A DNA stretch of 64,000 bases, taken from Neophaeotheca triangularis. Its lineage: Eukaryota. Shown here one piece after another: positions 50,145 through 60,011 of this stretch. The position numbers were made by a program, and so were the translations under genes. The notes beneath the pieces are model-generated. The model made no database searches and was not told the DNA's origin. It saw only the letters and a list, made by a program, of their open reading frames with translations. Location of the stretch: the NCBI GenBank assembly GCA_054600435.1, contig BAAIJX010000069.1, positions 1 through 64,000 of the forward strand, given 5' to 3'. Position 1 is the first letter of the stretch. Each line of letters begins with the position of its first letter.

Positions 50145-50164
50145 CCAATCATCTACTTACAATT
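50145..50164 (+). promoter_or_regulatory. CCAAT-N12-ATT, putative CBC:HapX bipartite site
   Basis: CCAAT catctacttaca ATT fits CSAATN12RWT. It lies ~45 bp upstream of a TATA-like ATATATA and 230 bp upstream of the ATG at 50375. Confidence 0.4.
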
Positions 50165-50374
50165 TCCAGCTTACCCCGCCTTGACCAGCGATATATACCT
50201 ACCAAACCCAACACCGCCTGCCAGCAAACCTCGTCCTTTTGTTCTAGAAAAGCCGTTTCGCCCTCGCAGACAAAGAAGACCCAACCAAGTTCATCAGAAG
50301 ACCAGTCCACGCCAACAATCCCCGCTACAAAGACACCACCACAACTTTCACCAAAAACACATCCATCCCAAACC

Positions 50375-50854
50375 ATGGCAGCAGCCACCGCCCAAATCTG
50401 CCCCGTCGTAGGCACAACCACCACAGCCCTCCCTCCCAACCACCCGGCCTACGACCCCAGCGACAAAGAAGCCCGCTGCCCCATCACCAACGCCAAAGTC
50501 GCCCACCACGACAACAGCATCATCCACAACCACCCCTCAGGCCCCGTGGACAGCTCGCAAGAGACCGAAACAAGCGCCCACACCCTCTCCGCCGAAGCCT
50601 GCCCGGCTCTCAAGAACGCCAAACAAACTGGCGGCAAGGGTGTCACAGATGCCACTTGCCCTGTTGTCGGGCCCGTGAGCTCCTACTTGCCGCCGGACCA
50701 CCCGGATCCTAGGAGCGCCGAGGCGGGCAAAGTTTGTCCTGTTACGAATGCTACGCTGGAGCACCATGAGGGCAAGGTTAGCAAGCACCCTAGTGTTGAG
50801 GACGGGGCGCCGGCGGCGAAATGTCCCGTTGCTGGGCAGGGGGTTGGTGCTTAG
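50375..50854 (+). CDS. Small Cys-Pro/His-rich protein with six CP (heme-regulatory-type) motifs and an internal duplication
   Basis: 159-aa ORF in good start context (AAACC ATG G) with C-ending codon bias. Motifs ICPV, RCPI, ACPA, TCPV, VCPV, KCPV, plus HH and HPS in each repeat. Confidence 0.85.
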   Translation: MAAATAQICPVVGTTTTALPPNHPAYDPSDKEARCPITNAKVAHHDNSIIHNHPSGPVDSSQETETSAHTLSAEACPALKNAKQTGGKGVTDATCPVVGPVSSYLPPDHPDPRSAEAGKVCPVTNATLEHHEGKVSKHPSVEDGAPAAKCPVAGQGVGA

Positions 50855-51939
50855 GGGGATGTGATTATGAAGGGGACTTGAGAGATGGGAGGTTTTTTGG
50901 TCGGAGTACCGGGATTCTAGATGGGTTTAGAGGGTTCTATGGGTTCCAATTGAGTGTGCACATGATTCATGCCAATGTTCCCCGTTTCGTAAGCATACGT
51001 TGTTCCCACTGAGGTTCTTGAGCTAGCCTGCCAGTTAAATTGCCCGCAACCGCGTTTTGCAAGATGGACAGGCATTTGAAAGAGAGCAGCACAACCTCAA
51101 TCCGGTTATACACATGTGCCCAAGGAGTAACAGCTGACGAGCAGTCGCTAGAGGACAGCGTGATGTGCTTGCCGGCCCTTGCTTTAATCGCAGCAGCCAG
51201 CGCGGTCAACAAATTTCTTTAGCATTGGCCATTTGCTCGTAAAACTGGTGCAACTAAGGCGATACCGGGCTGCTCAATGCTACCTTGGCAAGTTCGGCAA
51301 CACGGCCAGCTGTTGCATTTAGGCCATCGTGAGGCAAATGGTAGGACGTAGGAAGGACAAGCCTAGACGCAAGAAAAGCAAGGCAATCCTACCTTCTTGC
51401 GAGGACTGGGATGGCGCTGTAAATCGTTTTCCAAGCGTCGCCAGGGGGCAAATTTGACCAAGCCGCGCAAGAAGGGAAGTGCAAAAGACACTTCTTATGG
51501 GGCCTACTGGTAGAGGCTGAGACCTAGAGCGATGCTATGGCTGTCGAGGTGACTGGGTACGTCCCCACAGCTACTAAACATTGCCTTCTACTGTGCCTGG
51601 TGCCATAGAGAGCTAATGAAATCTCCAGCGGACAGTGGTGCCTGCACGGGCACGAGCCTTGGGATGTCATATCAACTCGTGGATAGTGGAATGTAGCGAC
51701 CGTTGGTAAGGAGAATAGTTTCATCGGGCCAGAGGCCCTCCGGTTTTCCAGCTACGATGCACGCAAAGCGTAGTCTCCGACACATAATAGAGTGCCTTTG
51801 GGTGGAAAAGTAAGCCCAAAGATACCACAATAAAGAGTGCCGTGAATGAGTTGGAGAAGAGAAGAAGAAGGAGAAGGTTCGGATTGGAACTGAAGCTCAA
51901 GTTATGGATTTTCAGTAACGGCTGGTCCCGTGCCGTTGG

Positions 51940-51959
51940 CCAATCGGAATGGCATTGAT
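51940..51959 (+). promoter_or_regulatory. CCAAT-N12-GAT, putative CBC:HapX bipartite site
   Basis: CCAAT cggaatggcatt GAT(GACG) fits CSAATN12RWT with a TGAT half-site. It is ~190 bp upstream of a gene for an Fe-S-rich respiratory subunit. Confidence 0.6.
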
Positions 51960-52130
51960 GACGGGATTGCCGGCGTCTCCTCGAGAAACAACGGACTACA
52001 CACATACGGCGCGAGTGCCACCACCACCACCACTACTTCTCCGCCCCTCCATCTTCCTCCTCAGTCTACATCTCTCCACCCAACCTCCACCTCCCTTTTC
52101 ATTCTGTCTGTCGGGCATTTTCTGGTCAAG

Positions 52131-54522
52131 ATGATGCGGCAGCAGATGATGCGCTCTTTTGCGCGGCCACTGGGCAGGCCCATCACCAATGCCGCCGCGA
52201 GGTCCTTCTCTTCCTCGATGCGGAGGCGAGCAGAGGTCGAGCTCACCGTTGATGGCAAGAAGGTCAGCATCGAAGGTAAAGCGAACCATCAAACGAATAC
52301 TATGGAGATGTAGTTACTGACACGCCTTCTTCACTACAGCTGGCTCGGCGCTCATCCAAGCTTGCGAAAAGGCCGGCGTCACGATTCCCCGCTACTGCTA
52401 CCACGAAAAGCTCATGATTGCCGGAAACTGCAGAATGTGTTTGGTTGAGGTCGAGCGCGCGCCAAAGCCCGTTGCTTCTTGCGCCTGGCCTGTTCAGCCG
52501 GGAATGGTGGTCAAGACGGACAGCCCGCTCACACACAAGGCGAGAGAAGGTGTCATGGAATTTCTGCTCGCAAACCACCCCCTCGACTGCCCGATTTGCG
52601 ACCAAGGTGGCGAGTGCGATCTTCAGGACCAGAGCATGCGATACGGCGCGGATAGAGGACGATTTCACGAGCTTGGTGGCAAGAGGGCTGTTGAGGATAA
52701 GAACATTGGGCCGCTGGTCAAGGTGGGTGGCACACAAGGGCACTCGACACAGAAGGAAAATGAAGGACTGACATTCTTCTAGACATCCATGAACCGTTGC
52801 ATCCACTGCACTCGCTGCGTCCGTTTCGCCAACGACGTTGCTGGTGCCCCCGAGCTTGGAAGCACTGGTCGTGGTAACAGTCTCGAAATCGGCACATACC
52901 TCGAAACCGCCCTCGACACCGAACTTTCCGGCAACGTCATCGATCTTTGCCCCGTCGGCGCCCTCACATCTAAGCCCTACGCTTTCCGTGCGAGACCCTG
53001 GGAACTCTACCACACCGAGACTATTGACGTGTTGGATGGCCTGGGCAGCAACATCAGGGTCGACGCGAGGGGTATTCAAGTAATGAGGATTTTGCCACGT
53101 CTGAACGATGACATCAACGAAGAATGGATCAACGACAAGAGCAGATTCGCATGCGATGGTCTAAGTACACAGCGTCTTACTACTCCTCTCATTCGCCGAG
53201 ACAACCAGTTCGCCCCGGCCACATGGGAGCAGGTGCTGGTTGAGATTAGCGAAAAGTACCAGCAGCTCCAGCCCAAGGGTGACGAGATGAAGTTTGTCGC
53301 CGGTCACCTTGTCGACACTGAGACTATGGTTGCCGCCAAGGACCTTGCCAACAGACTCGGCTCTGAGAACCTTGCCCTTGACCAACCTCAAGGCTCTTCA
53401 CCGGTCGCTCACGGTATTGATGTTCGCAGCAACTACGCGTTCAATTCGAAGATTACGGGTGTGGAAGAAGCCGACGCCATTCTCCTGGTCGGTACCAACC
53501 CTCGTCACGAAGCCGCTATCCTCAACGCCCGCATCCGCAAGCAATGGATCCGTTCCGACTTGGAAGTCGGACTTATCGGCGAGGACTTTAGCTCCACTTT
53601 TGAGTACGAGAAGCTCGGTTCCAACGCCAACGACATCAAGAGCGTTCTTTCCGGCGAGTTTGGTAAGAAGCTGGCCGAAGCAGAGAGGCCCATGATCATC
53701 GTCGGGGCCGCAGCAGTCGAGCACCCCGACGCCAAGGCCATCTACGAGACCATTGGTTCGTATGTGGAGAAGAACAAAGCTGCCTTCCAAAACGAAGAAT
53801 GGAATGGCTACAACGTCCTCCAGCGCGCCGCTTCCCGCGCCGGCGCTTACGAAGTCGGCTTCACCGTTCCCTCGCCCACCACCGCCGCCACAACCCCCAA
53901 GATGCTCTGGCTCCTTGGCGCCGACGAAATCACCCCCGAAGACATCCCCAAGGACGCTTTTGTCATCTACCAAGGCCACCACGGCGACCGCGGCGCCCAA
54001 TACGCCGACGTCGTCCTCCCCGGCGCAGCCTACACGGAAAAGCACGGCACCTACGTCAACACCGAAGGCCGCGTCCAACTCACGCGCGCCGCCACCTCCA
54101 TTTACGGCGCCGCTCGCGACGACTGGAAGATTCTGCGTGCCGTCTCGGAAGCCCTCAACGTGCCCTTGCCCTACGACGACGTCGAAGCCCTCCGCGATCG
54201 CATGGAGGAAATCTCTCCCGCCCTGCGCCGCTACGATATCGTTGAGCCCGCCGGCTTGCCAAGCTTAAGCAAAGTCCAGCTCGTCGACGCCAACAAGGGC
54301 AGCAAGATTGGCGGCCAGGCTTTCAAGCAGCCCATTGAGGACTTCTTCTTCACCGACTCCATTTCCAGATCCAGCCCGACTATGGCCCGTTGCTCAGCTA
54401 GCAAGGCGCAAAAGAACGCCAAAACTAACTTCATGGCACCCGGCGAACCTGACAGCCAGGTCGCGTACGGCTTCTTGCCGCCCGACAGCGTACAAGGGCA
54501 GCAGGCCGCGCTCGGGGGTTAG
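52131..54522 (+). CDS. nuo78: NADH:ubiquinone oxidoreductase 78-kDa subunit (NDUFS1), mitochondrial
   Basis: Arg-rich presequence and introns 52276-52339 and 52723-52782. Fe-S motifs [45 protein letters not shown]. Confidence 0.97.
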
Positions 54523-54570
54523 AAGGGTTGGAAGCGTGAGAGGCGAAAAGGAGGAAGGCTATGCGATTTT

Positions 54571-54608
54571 GTGAGTGAGTGAGTGAGTGAGTGAGTGAGT
54601 GAGTGAGT
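54571..54608. repeat. (GTGA)n tetranucleotide microsatellite in the nuo78 3' region
   Basis: Directly visible. Confidence 0.9.
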
Positions 54609-56632
54609 AAGAGACAGACATGGCACTGTACATAGGCGCTCTACGGCGTTATCTTTTCTCTTGTGAGCCTGTTCTGTTTGGAACGGGCTTTGTAGAGCTG
54701 CCGGGTGCGGGGCCTTTATTTTGTAGCTGGTATTTTTCGAGGATGTGTATATGCCTTTTTTTTTTCTTCTTTAAATCTCCTCGCTTTCACTTGTCCTATT
54801 GTCTACGAGTTATCTTTTCGTACCCCCTCGCACAACATGCGTCGACCGAGGACGATTTTGGAGACGGTTGAAAGGAAGCTTAGGAGACGGTTCGGTTGAT
54901 GACTGACTACGGGAGAACTCTAACAAGTTTATTTTTTGTTTTTCCGTTTGCTTCCAATTTGTCCGCTCTATCTACGAGAGAGCTTTCCACGGCTTTATAG
55001 GGAGTCAAGGCTTCACTTGGAAAGGATGAAGCTCATCGACTGCTAGGTAATGGCGGTGGTAATATAGCGGTCTGTATGCAATAGGTTTCAGGGTTTGGGT
55101 TGTTGCTATTTTGCTCTTGCCGTAGATACTACGGTTTCTACGTTCCCTTATCCTACTAGGCACCTTCTTGCCTCCCGTCTTTCCTGCATTAGAGTCCCTC
55201 GGCGGGCGCCTATGTCTTTGATGCGGATAGACACGGGATCGGTGTTCATCTCTTCTTCGGCTGAGTGCCGTCTCCAAGATCTTGGTTGTACATAGCGGCC
55301 TCTGGGCGACCGAAAGCCCCGTGAAATCATCTTGATACGATCTTGGCTGGTCTCAGAGTAGTGGTATGTATACTCTCGACCCTAGAGCGCGGGACATGGG
55401 GCTGGGACAGAGGATGTGGCAGTGGCCCAGAGGGGAGCCGGGGTGCTAACGTCTCCTGAATACTCGAGAAGGCCATTGGCGGTTCATATCCAGAGAGCCC
55501 CCCTCCCCCTCCCCTCTAGCAACCGCGCACGAGGACCGAGTGATAACGAACCACCCCGCCACCTCCCCACGCCATCTTCTTCCCCGACCAGTCCCCTCCT
55601 CAAAGGCACTGCACATGCACTCCACCTCAGCCAACACTGGCCAACAAGTCGACGACGACAGCAATCCTTCCCCAGCACGATCTACAAGCTTCGTCGAACT
55701 CTCCACCTCGCCCTTGGACTTCCAGTCGTGACCCCCTAACCCGCTAGCCAGCTCCCCACGATACCGACGGAGACACCATCCGCATCTCTCTTAGAGCGGT
55801 CCCTCGGACGGCCGAATCGAATCACACCATTACTCACGTCCGACCGTCTAGGCGAAGTAGTTGGAGGTCGTAGGAGGGCAAGGAGGAAAGAGCGAAGACG
55901 CCGAGCGAGCCGGCGCCGCGGTGGGAAATCGGTTTCGCGCTGATCCTAGATTTTTCTTTTTCTCGCGAACGAGCTACAGGGGGGGGGAAGAGTCTTTACT
56001 TTGCGAAGAGTTTTAATGCTGGCGCTCGCGCGAGGGGTCCGGGATTGGTCGGCCCTACCCCTACCTCCTATCGAGGACTTGAATCTTGACTTTGTACATT
56101 GGCTTTAGCTGTAATCTTGGCAATCTTATCGTGTAACTGTCTCGATGACAGTAGTATAGCTCTCTCTTTGACAGTACACATTCGCCTCCTTGCTTTCAGC
56201 TTCAATGACCCACCCGCTCTAAGGATGGATTGCTTGCTCGTTTGTTTGCTAGCTTATACTGCTTGCTCGCTACTTCACTCCCTCGCCCACTGCCCACCAC
56301 CCACATCCATTCAACTCCAACCGAAAGCTCGAAACAATCTGAGAAAAAGACCGCAATGCAGCGGTAGACCCGTGGTATATATCCCCTCCCATCTGCGCCA
56401 ACCGGTGAAACAGTCGCAAACGCCAGGCCTTGGATGTTAAGACCCCCGATTCTCGCAAAGAAAAGAAGCCCACCATGACACGCCGGTCCCCAAATCCCGA
56501 AGCGCCCCTGGAAAGAACTGCAGACACCCATGTGCGGCTAAAGCGGCATCCGCGACTTATCCGACACCCGGACGATTGGTGATGCCCAATCCATTGCATC
56601 ACTTCTGACGCCATGCCATCCCAAGTTCGGCC

Positions 56633-59153
56633 TTACTCCCTCCCCCGTCCAGCAGAACTTCCCCTCCTCTTTCCCCCATTCCCAAGAAACCCCACACCCT
56701 CCTCACCCCCCGCCCTCGTCCCGCCACCGCCAAATCGATCCCCAAAACCCGCACCAAACATGCCCCCAACAGCACCAATACCTCTCTCCTCATCATCCCC
56801 CCCTCGTCCGCCAGTCCCCGTATCTTCCTCTCCAAACAACTCCCCCGCTTCCCGACAAAACCTGGCTTCCCCTCTAACACCGCCCAAACCCCCAGTCTCA
56901 GAACCCCAACACACAACCGCAGCATCCAGAACACCGCTCACAACACCCTCAACAGCGCCTAGGACAGCGAAACCGATTGTCCCCGCTAGCAAGGCGATAA
57001 CGTAAGCGTATAACGAGCCCTTGATCGAAGAACCGAAGTGTGTGCTGTGCGAAGCGCGGACCCAAGAAACGAGGCCGAGGGAGAGGGAGACCAGGGTTTT
57101 GGTGGCGGAAAGGAGAAGTTTGGCTAGGCGATAGGGGATCAGGGCGTTGTTGGCGTTTTGGTCGGGGTTTAGGTTGTTTAAAGGATTGCGGCGGAGGTTG
57201 GAAGGTTGGAGGGTATTTGAGGGGTTCGTGCGCGAGATGAAGGAGAGTTGGGAGAGACCTCGCGCGGCGATTGCGAGAGGTTGGCTGTGTATTGCCGCGT
57301 AGGTGAGGGTCAGGGGGTTGGTGAGAGTGACCAGGGAAGTGGGGATAAGGTAGTAGAAGGCCATGTTTAAGAGACCCGAGAGGCGGCCGGGAAGGAGGAT
57401 GAGGGGGAGGCGGACGAGCAGGGAGAGGAAGGTGGAGAGGCAAATTGTTCCAAAGAGAGCGCCGGTGGCGTGGGAGAGGGAGGCTTTGACGACGGCGTGC
57501 GAGGTGGGTTGCGGGATGGCTAGACGGTGGAAGTACCATTGTGAGACGACTGCAGCGGTAGTTGCGCGTTGCACGCCTGAGATAACGCCGAGGGTCCAGA
57601 GGTATTGGAGGATGAAGAAGGCGCCGAGCCACCAGCTGTTGGCGTCGAGGATGAAGCTTTTGGTGTTGCCGGAGGAGAAGTGGCCGGAGAGGAAGATGCG
57701 CTCAAACATGAGCATCCATACCCAGGTAAAGATGACAACGATGCCGAGGGTGGCGAAGCCGAGGGCGAGGAGTTGGGGCGACGCGGCAATGATGCGCGTG
57801 CTGAATTCGAGGATGCTCGTTGATTTGTGCAGGCTGTGGCGGGATTTGATGACGCTGTATGTCCAAGCGATACCGACAATGGCTGGGATGAGCGAAACCC
57901 AGCGCATCATTCGGTCCTGGAGGCTGTTCCCGTGGTAGGCGCCTTTGAAGCTGTTGATGAAGGGATAGAGGCTAAATGTGAAGAGAACCACAGGAACCGC
58001 TACCAACATGAGGAAGACGAGCGTGCGCACGTGGTTGCGAAGGAGGGCGAGCCAGATCATGGAAACGATGATCGCTACCACTGTGTCCCACATGAGCATA
58101 TAGGTGCTTCCACGGATGGTGTTGTAGATGGTGTCGCCGAGGGGGTTCTTTTTGTTCGGGGTAGTTGTGTGGAACCAGATCAGCACAAAGGCCGCAAGCA
58201 TGGCGAAGAATGTGATTTGGTAGAGGTTCGCCCAGAACCGGTCGTGCAATGGTGGTTGTGGCGAAGGAAGGATTACGGTCGGTGGCACGCTCTCCGCTCC
58301 TGGAGAAGGAGGTCCTGGGTATGCTCTCCGCGACTCCTCATCCGTCTCCATGGGTAAGAAGGAGCTCTGTACTGTGCTTTTCGACGGCCTGAAATTCTGG
58401 AAAGGGGGCGAGCGTTCCCTCGGTTTAACCATGGGCGCAAGGTTGGTGAGTGACTCAGACGGCTCCTCGTTGATGGTGCTCGCCAAGTTGACATCAACCA
58501 GCCTCCCCTTTCCTTTACAGCTGGGTGCGCTGACTTCCGAGATCGGCACATCCGGGCTCTGATCTCTATCTTGGAACATCCTCGAAGCGCGTGTTCTCCC
58601 TCGCTGGACGCTCTCGTCTCTGCCGTAGCCCTGAGTCGCCGTATAGTCGTCCACCTTCTCCATGGTTTCATCTTCCATCTCTGAGCTCTCCGTCAAGTTG
58701 CTCGGCCCAAACTGTTGCCTACTCCTCTGAAGCGCATAAAAATCGGCGACTTCCCTCTCATGCTCATCTCCCTCATCTTCACCCTGAAAATCGTCTGCGG
58801 CTGAGTAGAAGAGTGGCGCTTGTGGGTCTTGGCGGGATAGTCTCGAAGCGAAAGGGAAGCGCGACTGCGATGCAGTGGAGGGGTTGCGGTAAGGGGGCTG
58901 CATGCCTGGTCGTTGGACGTAGCGAGAGTTGCTGGCCAAGCGCCGGCGGTCGAGAGGGTTGCGCGAGGGATTTCGTTGATCGTGTTGATCTTGCTGAGTG
59001 AAGGAGAGACGAGTGTTGGATTGTTGCAAGAAGCGGGATGCATCTAAAGGTCAAGCAGATTAGTCACGCGCCATGGTGTAGTCGGTTGGTGAAGATGGCG
59101 AGGGAGAGGCGGGTTATATGGAAGCGTCGGTGTGGCCTACATTCGGAGAACAT
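56633..59153 (-). CDS. Choline transporter-like (CTL/SLC44, Ctl1/Pns1 family) membrane protein
   Basis: Exon 1 ATGTTCTCCGAAT with intron 59044-59140 gives MFSEYASRFLQQS. Hydrophobic segments, GVQRATTAAVVSQWYF, FGTICLS, LTLTYAAIHSQPL. Confidence 0.85.
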
Positions 59154-60011
59154 GATGGCGGTGGTAGGCAGCAGCGGTGAGGATATTGGGGAGTTGTGCT
59201 GCTGCTATGCAACCCTTGGCGCCACCAGTGACGATCTGTGGTTGCGAAGTAATGTCTATGGTGATAAGGTACTAAGGTAGTATCCGAAGGTGGTGAAGTC
59301 GAGGTCACTGCTGCTCAAGCTTCCGGAAGCGGAAGGCCTGAGGTCAGTGATGATAAGCAGCAGTCGGGCGGCCGTGCCAAGTCGCTGCTATCGGTGTTGG
59401 TAGGGACAGTCGCTCTTAGGGTCAGAGGTGAAGGTGAAGGTGGAGATGAAGACGACGAGGCAGCGAGACACGGCAAGCTCAAGACATTCGAGCAGTCATT
59501 CGTTCAAGTCAAGTAACCTAAGGTAGTGAAGCCTGGTGCACATGACGGAAGAGGTCGAGGCGTCGGCGTGTCGGCTTCTCCCCCACACTCTGTAAACGCC
59601 GACTTCCGACTCTGCAGCAGGTCACGAGGTCACCCCGCCCGCGTTTGCCCTGACTCAGCTTTGATCCAAGGTACCTACCTGAGCTTCTCGGCAAACGGGA
59701 TAATATCGGCCGAGTTCGCGTGGTACCAGCAGCAACGTGGGCGGATGGCAGGCCTAGAAGTAGATGGATGTGAAGAAAGCTGGGGCCAGTGGAAACTCGA
59801 GAAGACAACGTCGACGTCTTTCTACAGCAGCGCGTCAACACTCACAACATTAACAACGACAACAACGACGACGACCACCCTGTGTTGCGTCGACAATCAA
59901 AGGGGACGGATCTGTACATATACCAACAGTACATACCATGGACAGCAGCAATTAAGAAGCAAGATACACACCAACTATCCCAATCCCCCTGTCTAGGGTA
60001 CTCGAGCAGAC

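Noticed and set aside
51020..51780. Group I intron-like fragments (AAATTGC, AATCGCAGC, AAAGCGTAGTC)
   Set aside because: No matching R element or P7 partner, and no host exons
55734..55742. CCCTAACCC as a possible telomerase RNA template
   Set aside because: A nine-nucleotide match in C-rich sequence, with no recognisable pseudoknot or P6/P6.1 nearby
55918..56000. GGTGGGAAATCGGT and GGGGAAGAGTCTTTAC resemble conserved segments of yeast RNase P RNA
   Set aside because: The first motif lacks a base of the GGGAAAUUCGGUG consensus, and I found no convincing CR-V/P4 partner. An Infernal search with the nuclear RNase P model would settle it
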